Positions 27,709-37,039 of a DNA stretch of 64,000 bases are shown here, in pieces. The stretch comes from Sumerlaeia bacterium. GTDB lineage: Bacteria; Sumerlaeota; Sumerlaeia; SLMS01; JAHLLQ01. Below the pieces are notes generated by a model. It was not told the origin of the DNA, searched no databases, and worked only from the letters and a program-made list of their open reading frames with translations. Within the stretch, counting starts at the first letter, position 1. Each line of letters starts with the position of its first letter. Position numbers and translations under genes: made by a program. The stretch lies in assembly GCA_040219255.1 (NCBI GenBank), contig JAVJSW010000077.1, positions 96,001-160,000 of the forward strand, in the 5' to 3' direction.

Positions 27709-28836
27709 ATGGCGAGCACCGATCTGGCCCCCCGCCAGCAGACCCTTCCGGCCGAAGCCCCCGAGCCCGGCGGCGCCCTGGTGCCGATGGACTGGACGCC
27801 GACGGCCGAGGACGAACTGGAACCTTATCTTAAGGAACGCGACGGCGAGTTACGGCCGCTCGAAGCGCTGTACCGGCTGGCGCTCCTCGCCGGGGCCGGG
27901 CTGTTTCTCGGCGAGGCGATGGGCGCGCCGTGGCAACATGGCTGGCTGATCGTGTCGGCGGCGGCGGTTCCGGCGATTCTGGTGGTGGCGACGATGACGC
28001 TGCAATGGCGGGTGCTGGGCGACTGGCGCCGCATGACGCAGCGCTTGGTGCTTGTGGCGGCGATGGCGGCGCTGGTGGTGCCGTTCTGCGGCGTGATGGA
28101 CCCGAGCCTGGGCGCCACGGCACTGCCGAACGCGCTGGAGCAACCGCTGGCCCAGGCCCTGGCGGCGGCGCGGCGGGTGCCGCTGCTCGGCATCGGAGTG
28201 AGCACACTCACCGCGCTCGCCACGTCGGCGCTGTATCTGGTGGTTGTGGGGGCGCTGGTTTTCGGGCGCGGAGCCGGCCGGCGCGCGGCGTTTCTGCTGC
28301 TGGGCACGGCGGTGGCGGCGGCGAGCCTGTTCTTCTACCCCGCGCCCGAGACGGCGCTGGGGCTGGCGCTGCTGGCGATTTTCTTCCACGTGCAGTGGGA
28401 GCGCCCGCTCCTGGTGCCGGACCGGCTGCGGCCGCGCCTCTCGCCCCAGCAGATCGGTTTTCTGAAGGAGTTGGTGAAGGAAGGGGCGCTCTCGCCGGGC
28501 GAGGTAAAACTTTATCTGAACCACGACGCCGCCGCCTTCGCCGAGCTGGCCGAGTGCGGTCTGGTGGATTACGACCGGCTTTTGCGCGAGGTGCGGCCCG
28601 GGCAGCGGCTGGACAACGACCCGGCCACCGAAGTCTTCGACTCGACCCTGACGATCGTGCGGCGGGGGGTGTGGGTCGTTTTGGGCCTCGTTTACGTGGT
28701 CATGCCCGATTTGATCCCCGGGCCCATCGACGATGCGGTGGTGATGCTGATCGCCAGTGGTGCCAAATTGACATGGTTGGGGGATTTGCTGGGGCTTCGG
28801 CGCGAGCGGCGGGGAGGACGGGAGGCGGTCCGCTAA
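27709..28836 (+). CDS. membrane protein with a possible winged-helix segment and a DUF1232/YkvA-like C-terminus
   Basis: About six TMs, then LSPQQIGFLKELVKEGALSPGEV...LAECGLVDY, then YVVMPDLIPGPIDD. Confidence 0.7.
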   Translation: MASTDLAPRQQTLPAEAPEPGGALVPMDWTPTAEDELEPYLKERDGELRPLEALYRLALLAGAGLFLGEAMGAPWQHGWLIVSAAAVPAILVVATMTLQWRVLGDWRRMTQRLVLVAAMAALVVPFCGVMDPSLGATALPNALEQPLAQALAAARRVPLLGIGVSTLTALATSALYLVVVGALVFGRGAGRRAAFLLLGTAVAAASLFFYPAPETALGLALLAIFFHVQWERPLLVPDRLRPRLSPQQIGFLKELVKEGALSPGEVKLYLNHDAAAFAELAECGLVDYDRLLREVRPGQRLDNDPATEVFDSTLTIVRRGVWVVLGLVYVVMPDLIPGPIDDAVVMLIASGAKLTWLGDLLGLRRERRGGREAVR

Positions 28837-29178
28837 CTAAAATTTTATCACACCGTGGCCCATTTGCGACACTTTCCGGTCAGAAAGAGCCACTTTCAGC
28901 GAAGGGCGCATCGCCGCCGCTGCCTATGACTCTTCCGCGGGAAATCCTGCAACAAGTTGCATACTCCGTCCCGGATCCTTGCCATTCCTCACTTTATCAA
29001 ATATCAAAGGCTTTTTATCTCCGTTAAAAGACTGTCAGCGCTGGGTTTTAGAGCGATCTTCCCTTGCCAGCGGGAGCGCTTGGCATTCCTCTCGCTCTCG
29101 TCATCGACGACGGCGCCGCAATTTTATCCGTCATTTTATCGCCGCGGCACCGAACAGGGGAAAAGGAGGTACCATACA

Positions 29179-29676
29179 ATGCTCTGGATGAACCCGAACC
29201 AGTATGGTGAATCGACTGAAGAGACACTGACCGCGGAACGCGCGAACCTGACGCTTTCCGCTTTGGCTGGCGGCCACTACTTTGCCGCCGGCGGATTCCA
29301 CACGCTCGTCGCCCTCGATGGCCTCGGGCAACTCTGGCGCCGCGCCTTCGGTCCCGCCGAAACGCCCGCCAGCGACACCCAACACACCGAACCGGCCGCC
29401 CGGACGCCCAACACGGCAGGCGCGCTGGTCCGGCGCTGGATTCGCTACTGGCAAGCACGCCGCATCCTGGGGGCGGAGAAGAGCCTGCCCCTGCCGCTGG
29501 TGGACTCGCTGCTGGACGAAGTGGCCCGCTACCGCTGGATCGAAGCCCAGAAAGCCGGCTTCGACGTCTGGGCCGTGGGCTATCCCGAGGACCCGGAACG
29601 GGGCGCCATGGCCGAGTGGCTGCGCAAGCACTACGACGGCTGGTATCGTGCCCAGCATCGCGCCCTGACGGCGTAA
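29179..29676 (+). CDS. hypothetical protein with a DUF4032-like C-terminal domain
   Basis: AAGGAGG RBS; EVARYRWIEAQKAGFDV...AMAEWLRKHYDGW. Confidence 0.7.
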   Translation: MLWMNPNQYGESTEETLTAERANLTLSALAGGHYFAAGGFHTLVALDGLGQLWRRAFGPAETPASDTQHTEPAARTPNTAGALVRRWIRYWQARRILGAEKSLPLPLVDSLLDEVARYRWIEAQKAGFDVWAVGYPEDPERGAMAEWLRKHYDGWYRAQHRALTA

Positions 29677-29804
29677 TCCCAAACCGCGAACGCGGCCGCC
29701 GGCGCGCTCCGCCAATGGGCCGCCATCTCTCCCGGCAGTCTCAGGAACGAACTCCTGACCGCCCATAAAAATTCCCACACCTCGTCGCTCAACGAGTTGG
29801 GATC

Positions 29805-29843
29805 GCCCGGCCAGCCCAAGGGTTTCGGCCGGGCATTTTTTTT
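29805..29843 (+). terminator. intrinsic terminator between convergent genes
   Basis: gcccggcc ... ggccgggc stem followed by a T run. Confidence 0.75.
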
Positions 29844-30726
29844 ACTGGCCGCCCGCCGCTCCGCCACCGCCCTGCATCATCGCCCGCGCCTGCTGGCCCA
29901 TCTGCCGCACTTCCTGCACCTTGGGATGATTCTCTCCCAGGTGATGCACGCGGATGGCGTAGGCCCGCTGGCAATAGTTCAGCGCGTCCTGGTATTGCTG
30001 GGCCCGCCACGCCGCGCTCGCCTTCTCGAGGTAAACGTCCGCCTCCGCCAGGGTCCCCGGCGCCTCGCCCCCGCCGCCGCCGTCCGCCGGGGGCCGCCCG
30101 CCCCCCGGACCCGCCGCGCCGCCCGGATCGACCCGCACCACGTCGTCCGCCTCGCTGCGCCCCTCCAGCGCCGCCCGCCCGCCGGCGAAATCGCGCACTT
30201 TCCAGTACTTGCCTTCCTTGCGCAGCCGCACCTTGTAGTTCGCCGTGAACTGGCTGTCGCCGCCCCAGCTATCGGTCTGTTGCACGATCGCGACAGCGTT
30301 GTCCCCGTCCTGCTCCACGCGGACGATTTCCGCCTGCTTCTGGTTCGGCCCTTCCAGGATCATGGTCTTCAGGATCACCTGGCGCGCCAGTGCCGCCGCC
30401 TGCGTGGGATCGATGCCGCCGCTGATATTGAAGCGGTCGCCCTCCTGATAGATGCGATCGGCGTTCTCCTGAAACCAGTTCCAGTCGTCCTCCGTGACGC
30501 ATTTCTTCACGTTGGGAAAGTTCAACGCGCCGGTGCGGAATTCGTGCGCCGTATCCAGATAAACCCGCGTGGCGCTTTGCGGGTCGCCCTGCATTTGCAG
30601 GATCGGGTCGTCGGGCGGGGCGATGAAGAACTTCCACCCGAACCCGACGAAAATACCGACGGCGAATAGGATGAAGATGATATTGCCGACGAGACCGGCC
30701 CCTCCGCGCTTTTCTTTTTCCGCCAT
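29842..30726 (-). CDS. membrane-anchored protein with a C-terminal TPR
   Basis: N-terminal TM; ALNYCQRAYAIRVHHLGENHP resembles a kinesin-light-chain-type TPR. Confidence 0.75.
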   Translation of the reverse strand: MAEKEKRGGAGLVGNIIFILFAVGIFVGFGWKFFIAPPDDPILQMQGDPQSATRVYLDTAHEFRTGALNFPNVKKCVTEDDWNWFQENADRIYQEGDRFNISGGIDPTQAAALARQVILKTMILEGPNQKQAEIVRVEQDGDNAVAIVQQTDSWGGDSQFTANYKVRLRKEGKYWKVRDFAGGRAALEGRSEADDVVRVDPGGAAGPGGGRPPADGGGGGEAPGTLAEADVYLEKASAAWRAQQYQDALNYCQRAYAIRVHHLGENHPKVQEVRQMGQQARAMMQGGGGAAGGQ

Positions 30727-31065
30727 GATTTGCTCCCGTGCATCGCGTCGAATTCTGGCGCTTTCGCGCGCCGCTCGATACTCTAACAATCTCGAGGTTT
30801 ACTTAGTTCAACACCGGAGCCAAAGGCGTGGCAAGGGAAGCCGCAGGGGTGTGAAGCGGGTTTCCGTTGCCTGCGGACCGGCACCGGGGCAGGCGATCGG
30901 GCCCGTTCTCCTATAAAGCGGTAGGACAAGATTCTCCGCATTTTCGAGAGAAGGGGTTGCATTGGGGGCGGGAAGTCGGCTACCGAAGCGCCCCGCAATT
31001 CCTCCGCGGCTTCGCGGCGGCCCCGCTGCTTGAAGCCCGAATTAGAAACGAGGCGAAAGTCCATT

Positions 31066-33003
31066 ATGAGCGTCCCTATTCCTCCCCACGGCGGAGTCAG
31101 TGAACTGACCACCTGTGCCGTTTCCAGCGCGGAAGCGCAGAGCTTAGCCACAGCGCACGCCAGCGCCCCGAAGATCGTCGTCACCGGCGCCGATCTGTCC
31201 ACCGTGCGCCGCTTCGGCGATGGCGCCCTGACCCCCCTGACGGGTCCGATGACCAAAGCGGTCTTCGATCGCGTTCTCGACGACATGGTCATCGAGAACA
31301 ATGGCAAGCTCTACGCCTGGTCCATTCCCCTCTCCCTGCCCGTGACCGAAGCGGAAAAGGCGACACTCAAGGTCGGCGCCCCGGCCCTCCTCGTCGACGA
31401 AAGCGGCAGCCCCGTCGGCGTCCTCCAGGTCGAAGATGTCTTCGATTGGAACAAGAAGCGTTACAACAGCAAGGTTTACGGCACCGAGCGCGACGATCAT
31501 CCGGGCGCCAAGATCGCCAACGACGATCCCCGCGGCACGCTGGTCGGCGGCACCATCAAGGTGTTCCCCGTGACCCGCAACGAGAACGACATCGTTCAGA
31601 AGTACAGCTTCTCGCCTGCCGAGACCCGCGCCAAGCTGGCCGGATGGCAGATCCAGGGCAAGCCGATCGAAGCCGCCGTCGCCTTCCAGACACGCAACCC
31701 GCTGCACCGCGCCCACGAATACGCGATGGTGTACGCCGTTGAGAAGCTCACCAGCGATGGCCTGCGCGCCGCCGCCGTTCTCAACCCTCTCGTCGGCGAA
31801 ACCAAGAGCGACGACGTCCCCGCCTCCATCCGCATGGAGACCTACGCGAACCTGAAGAACAAGAAGCTCATCGGCCAGGGCGACAGCGATCCGGAAGTCT
31901 GGCAGAAGGCCGGCTACTCGATCAGCGAAGCCTTCGACCTCTACGCCCTCGACATCAAGATGTTCTACGGTGGCCCCCGCGAAGCCGTCATGCATGGCAT
32001 TTACCGCCAGAACTACGGCTTCAGCCACATCGTCATCGGCCGCAAGCACGCTGACGCGCCCTTTGCCGACGGCACGAACATCTGGGGCGATTTCGACGCC
32101 CAGGAGATCTTCAACAACCTCAAGGGTGACCTGAAGATCAAGCCGGTCAACGTCGGCTTCGCCGCCTACTACGAGGAGCTGGGCCGCGTCGGCCTGATCG
32201 AAGTGCACAAGGAAAAGGGCTGGAAGCCCGTCTCCGTCGCGGGCCGCATCCTGCGCGAGCAGCTCGAAGCCGGCCAGGTGCCCGATCCCCGCATCATCCG
32301 CCAGGAAACCAGCGAGCTTCTCATCGCCGCCTACGCCCGCAAGAAGGCCGCCGCCAACGGCACTGCCCCCAAGAGCACCCACATCACCTGGCACGACTCC
32401 TCCGTCACCCGTGACATGCGCCAGTCCCTCAACGATCACAAGGGGGCGACCCTGTGGTTCACGGGCCTCTCCGGCTCGGGCAAGAGCACCCTGGCCAATG
32501 CGGTCGCGGTCTACCTGCACGAGCACGGTGTCCGCACCTTCGTTCTCGACGGCGACAACATCCGCCAGGGCCTGAACAAGGACCTGGGCTTCAGCCCGGA
32601 AGACCGTAAGGAAAACATCCGCCGCATCGGCGAAGTGGCCAAGCTCTTCACAGACAACGGCACTATCGTCGGCACCGCCTTCATCAGCCCCTACAAGGAA
32701 GACCGCGAAATCGCCAGCAGCCTCCAGCCCGGCGATGACTTCCTGGAAATCTACGTCGCCGCCGACCTCGACATCTGCGAGCAGCGCGATCCCAAGGGCC
32801 TTTACAAGAAAGCCCGCGCCGGCGTCATCAAAGGTTTCACGGGCATCGACGCCCCCTACGAAGCGCCTGACAGCCCGGCGCTGACCGTGGACACGGGCAA
32901 GAGCACCCTGGAAGAATGCGTCCAGCAGGTCGTCCAGGCCCTGATCGACCGCAACATCGTCCCCGCGACGGTCCTCGCAGGCGAGCCCGTGGGCGCGAAC
33001 TAA
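31066..33003 (+). CDS. sat-cysC: bifunctional sulfate adenylyltransferase / adenylylsulfate kinase
   Basis: PHGG, FQTRNPLHRAHE, GPREA..H...RQNYG.SH..GRKHA; then WFTGLSGSGKST, LDGDNIR, RDPKGLYKKA, FTGIDAPYE. Confidence 0.95.
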   Translation: MSVPIPPHGGVSELTTCAVSSAEAQSLATAHASAPKIVVTGADLSTVRRFGDGALTPLTGPMTKAVFDRVLDDMVIENNGKLYAWSIPLSLPVTEAEKATLKVGAPALLVDESGSPVGVLQVEDVFDWNKKRYNSKVYGTERDDHPGAKIANDDPRGTLVGGTIKVFPVTRNENDIVQKYSFSPAETRAKLAGWQIQGKPIEAAVAFQTRNPLHRAHEYAMVYAVEKLTSDGLRAAAVLNPLVGETKSDDVPASIRMETYANLKNKKLIGQGDSDPEVWQKAGYSISEAFDLYALDIKMFYGGPREAVMHGIYRQNYGFSHIVIGRKHADAPFADGTNIWGDFDAQEIFNNLKGDLKIKPVNVGFAAYYEELGRVGLIEVHKEKGWKPVSVAGRILREQLEAGQVPDPRIIRQETSELLIAAYARKKAAANGTAPKSTHITWHDSSVTRDMRQSLNDHKGATLWFTGLSGSGKSTLANAVAVYLHEHGVRTFVLDGDNIRQGLNKDLGFSPEDRKENIRRIGEVAKLFTDNGTIVGTAFISPYKEDREIASSLQPGDDFLEIYVAADLDICEQRDPKGLYKKARAGVIKGFTGIDAPYEAPDSPALTVDTGKSTLEECVQQVVQALIDRNIVPATVLAGEPVGAN

Positions 33004-33037
33004 ACCTGGCCCAATCAGCACGATAGGCATCTGAACG

Positions 33038-33071
33038 ACCCCGGCTTTTCATCAGGCCGGGGTTTTTCTTT
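33038..33071 (+). terminator. intrinsic terminator after sat-cysC
   Basis: accccggc ... gccggggt stem followed by ttttcttt. Confidence 0.8.
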
Positions 33072-33154
33072 AGGGTTTGAGATTGCGACCGGCGAAACTT
33101 CCGGCGAGGCAGGGAACAGCCAATCCGCGCCGTACCCGCCTTCGGAGGATTCCG

Positions 33155-36100
33155 ATGAAGCCAAGAGTCTTGGGGCTTGTTCTCGCTGGACTTATCCTGT
33201 TGCTGATGGGCCTTGCGCTCCTGACCGTGAATTCCGGCAACCCGGACGCGGCGCCCTCCGAACCGGCCGCCAAGACCTCCCTGGCATCCGGCCCCTCCCT
33301 TGCCGAGCCCGCCGCGAAGCGCTCGCAGCGCGGTCCCTCTCCACTGGAAACTCTCGCCGATTCGCCTGTTATCGAGGAGACGGCGAACTCCCCCGCCATC
33401 GTCTGGTCCGGGCGGATTCTGGACGACGAGACCGGCGCGCCCATCGCCGAATCCCGCGTGCGCGTGGTGACCGTGGGAACCCGCATCGAGCCGGGCCTGG
33501 AGTCCTTTAGGCCCCTTGCGGAAACAGCCACCGACGCCGACGGCCGGTTCCAGCTTTCCGCCAGCCCCACACTGACCCCCGCCATGGCGACGTCTATCTG
33601 GATCGCCGCGAACGGCTACACCAGCCGCGCCATCGTCCCCCGCGAGGCCGGATCGATCTGGCCCCTGCCCGGCGGCGGACGGGACGTGGAAATCCGCCTT
33701 CGCCGCGCCAATGGCGTTCTGGCGGGGCGCGTGGTGGACGAAGCCGGAAAGGGCATCGGCGGCGCCCTGCTCATCGCCCGCGAGCACCCGCCCATGGCGG
33801 CTTACGAGTCTCCGGGCCGGTTGCTGCCGGTCGAAATCACGCTCGCGGACGCGGCGCCCGACGGCCAGTTCCTGATCGAGGACGTGGCCCAGGGCTTTCC
33901 CTACTCGGTAACCGCCACGGCCCCGGGCTACGGCCAAGCCTCCCTGGCGATGCAGATCACGGACGCGCGGGGGCTTGTGCTGAAGCTGCCGCGGGCGTCC
34001 AGTTCACTGACCGTGACCGTTGAATCCGAAGGCGGGGACCCGGTGCCGGACGCCTTTGTCCTGGTACAGAAAAAACTAAACTACGAACCCCTCGCCACCT
34101 ACTTCCCCGCCCAAACGGACGCGGGCGGCATCGCCCGATTCCCTGAACTGCCTGCCGATTCCTACGAAGTCAAAGCCTCTTGGAAACGCTCGGAGGCGGA
34201 AGACGGAACGCTGGTCGAGGTGGACCTGGCCGAGGACGAGCACCGGGATGTGACGCTCGTCTTGAAGCAAAGCGTTCTCTTGCACGGCCGCGCCGTGGAC
34301 GAGGAGACCGGCGAGCCGGTCGCGGGCCTCGCGCTGTCGGCGCTTCCGATGGACGGCGATCCTTCGCGGGCCCAGGCCATCAGCGGGCCCGGCGGCGATT
34401 TCGCTTTTCCCGTCGAGCCCTTCTACCAACCCAGCCAGGACGTGTCTGGATCGCCCGATCCCTTTGGCGGGCCGAGCCGATCCGGCTCTTCCGTCGAAAT
34501 CTTCATGGCCGCGCCCGAGGGCTACGCCTTCTCCAGGAGTTCGGGCACCGGGAACGACATGCGGCGACGGTTCGACGCAAGCGCGCTCAAGGACCCGCAA
34601 GTCATCGAGGTTCCCCGCGGCAACGTGGTCCGGGGGCGCGTGCTGCGTTCGGATCGCAGCCCCGTCGAAGGCGCCGAAGTTTCTGGCCGCTACGAGACCG
34701 ACTCGCCTTTCACGAAGAACCCGCTGATCGAGAGTTCGCGGACGGCGTCGGGCCTGGACGGCCGATTCGTCCTGACTCTGCCGGCCGGCAAAGCCTTCCG
34801 GCTCCTCGCCAGCAAACCCGGCATCGGCAGCGTCACGTCGGAGGAATATCCCGCCGAGCCATTGGCCGGGGACGTCACTTTGATCCTCGAAGACTTCGCC
34901 GCCGTCGCGGGGACCGTTCGCGACTTCGAAGGCAGCGGCGTGCCCCACGTTTCGATCCGCGTTTCGCGGCCCGGCACGCGGGATCTGACGGGCAAGAACG
35001 AACTCCTGGGCCAAGGCCGCACCGGCCCCGATGGCTACTACGTCGTGGAAGACATTCCCCATGGCGAGGTCGAGATCACAGCCGAATCCCGCGACCCCGG
35101 CCTCGCCCCCGCCGATCCGGCCGAGCTGACGCTCGCCCCCGGCCAACTCGCGGAAGGCGTCGATTTCCTCCTCGACCGCGCCGACGTTATCGATGTCGTT
35201 GTCCTCGATGCGGAAACCGACGAACCGTTCCAGGGAGCCCGAGTGTCTTGGATTGTTGAGGGAAGCGAGCCGAGAATCTTCCAGAGCGGCTCGACGGACG
35301 CGGAGGGGCGCTTCACCATCCGCCAGATCCCGCCCGACGGCCACGTCTCCAACCTGACCGCGTCCCTGACGGGCTACGAGAGCCAATCCGTCTCGGCCGC
35401 CTCCGTTTACGACAGTCCCGTGAAGATCTTCCTGACGCGCCTGGGCAAGGCCACTCTCAGCGCCCGCGGCCCCGGCGGCGCCCCGGTCCGGCATTTCCGC
35501 TATCAGGTCTTCCAATACCCCGGCCACGCCATCGAGACCCTGATGCACACCGGCGATTCGGACCCGGCGTCGGGCACCGCCGATGTGACCGGGCTCCTGG
35601 GCAAGTACCTGCTGCGCTTCGAGGTCCTGGAACTCGATCCGGAAACGGGCGCGCTGACGGGCCGCATGGGCGCCAAGTCAGTGCAGCGGGGGTCACCCTC
35701 GGAAGTCATCGCCATCGAAGTTCCCATCGGCGGCGGGCACGAACTGCGGGGAACCGTCGTGCGGGTGAACGGCGCCGGCAAGATACCCATCGCGGACGCG
35801 TTCGTCAAGATGCTGCCACCGAACAACTTCCGAGGAAACGATCGAACGCGCCTGTCGCTCTCCGAACCGGTGCGGACCGATGAGCGAGGACTCTTCCGCT
35901 TCCCATCGGTCATCGCCGCGCCCCACCGGCTCCTGGCGTACGCACCCGGCGGCGAGCAGTCGCGAACGATCACGGTGCCGATGAACGAAGACGGCACCTA
36001 CGAGGAGCCCGAGATCGTCTTCGGCTCGCTTGTCGAACTCTCTGGCCAGGTGACCGGCCGCGACGGGACACCGTTGGCCGGCGCCACGGTGAAAGCGACC

Positions 36101-36898
36101 AACTTCCTGACCGATGGTTCGAACCGGGACCTGACCACCGAAACCGGCGAGGACGGACGCTATGCGTTCAATGACCTCGCGCCGGGGCGCTTGACGGTGA
36201 CGCTAGCGGGCGATCCGCCGCGAACCGTCGAGCAACGCGAACGCCTCGACGTCGAAGCCGGAGACCACCCGGTCGTCAACTTCGACCTGAGCGCCGTCGT
36301 GGAAATCCAGGGCCGGTTGCTGGTGAACGGGACACCACCCACGGGCTGGGAATTCCAGCTCGACCCCGCGGGAGAAGGCGCCACCAACCCGCTGCCTCTC
36401 GATCTTCAGCCCGATGGGTCCTTCACCGCCCTCGCCAATCCGGGCCGCTACACGGCGTGGCGGAGCGGCGGCGATTACGGCCTCGTCAGCAACTTCCCCC
36501 AGGGCGTCGTGCGAATCCCGCCCACCCCCGCGGCCCAGGTCATCGACATCGACCTGAGCACAGTTCCCGTGGACGTGGTGGTGATGCTTCCCGAGGGCAC
36601 CGCCTGGGAAGACCTCCTGCGCCAGGGAGACCTCGGCATGCGCCTCCTGCAGCGCTTCTCCACCGGCGAGGTGGGGACGGTGCTGAACAGCATCGCCCCG
36701 TCGCAAAGCAAGCGACTGGTGGACGTTCCCTCGGGAGAATACCAGATCGAACTGATCAAGACCGGCCGGCCGGAAATGACCGCGAGCGGAGGCTATCGCG
36801 TCGTCGGCGAGGAAGAACTGGGTGCCTCGCCGATCACGGCGGTGGGCCCGGGGCTGGAGAATGTTCTGGTCGTGGAGTTGATGAAATCAGCGCCGTAG
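33155..36898 (+). CDS. large membrane-anchored protein with tandem carboxypeptidase-regulatory-like beta-sandwich repeats, paralog A
   Basis: N-terminal TM; repeated GRV.D..G.P+.GA.V ... TD.DGRF motifs; GGAGG RBS. Confidence 0.85.
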   Translation: MKPRVLGLVLAGLILLLMGLALLTVNSGNPDAAPSEPAAKTSLASGPSLAEPAAKRSQRGPSPLETLADSPVIEETANSPAIVWSGRILDDETGAPIAESRVRVVTVGTRIEPGLESFRPLAETATDADGRFQLSASPTLTPAMATSIWIAANGYTSRAIVPREAGSIWPLPGGGRDVEIRLRRANGVLAGRVVDEAGKGIGGALLIAREHPPMAAYESPGRLLPVEITLADAAPDGQFLIEDVAQGFPYSVTATAPGYGQASLAMQITDARGLVLKLPRASSSLTVTVESEGGDPVPDAFVLVQKKLNYEPLATYFPAQTDAGGIARFPELPADSYEVKASWKRSEAEDGTLVEVDLAEDEHRDVTLVLKQSVLLHGRAVDEETGEPVAGLALSALPMDGDPSRAQAISGPGGDFAFPVEPFYQPSQDVSGSPDPFGGPSRSGSSVEIFMAAPEGYAFSRSSGTGNDMRRRFDASALKDPQVIEVPRGNVVRGRVLRSDRSPVEGAEVSGRYETDSPFTKNPLIESSRTASGLDGRFVLTLPAGKAFRLLASKPGIGSVTSEEYPAEPLAGDVTLILEDFAAVAGTVRDFEGSGVPHVSIRVSRPGTRDLTGKNELLGQGRTGPDGYYVVEDIPHGEVEITAESRDPGLAPADPAELTLAPGQLAEGVDFLLDRADVIDVVVLDAETDEPFQGARVSWIVEGSEPRIFQSGSTDAEGRFTIRQIPPDGHVSNLTASLTGYESQSVSAASVYDSPVKIFLTRLGKATLSARGPGGAPVRHFRYQVFQYPGHAIETLMHTGDSDPASGTADVTGLLGKYLLRFEVLELDPETGALTGRMGAKSVQRGSPSEVIAIEVPIGGGHELRGTVVRVNGAGKIPIADAFVKMLPPNNFRGNDRTRLSLSEPVRTDERGLFRFPSVIAAPHRLLAYAPGGEQSRTITVPMNEDGTYEEPEIVFGSLVELSGQVTGRDGTPLAGATVKATNFLTDGSNRDLTTETGEDGRYAFNDLAPGRLTVTLAGDPPRTVEQRERLDVEAGDHPVVNFDLSAVVEIQGRLLVNGTPPTGWEFQLDPAGEGATNPLPLDLQPDGSFTALANPGRYTAWRSGGDYGLVSNFPQGVVRIPPTPAAQVIDIDLSTVPVDVVVMLPEGTAWEDLLRQGDLGMRLLQRFSTGEVGTVLNSIAPSQSKRLVDVPSGEYQIELIKTGRPEMTASGGYRVVGEEELGASPITAVGPGLENVLVVELMKSAP

Positions 36899-37039
36899 GC
36901 TCTTGCCAATGGATCTGGGGCAAGAATAAGAGACGAAAGTATTTTCTTTAGTACTTCCTCATTGCGCCGGAACTTTTTCCTGCCCATCGTTGTCCTTCTA
37001 CGAAAAACCAAGTCCTGTCTTCCATCCCGAGGTTCTTCT

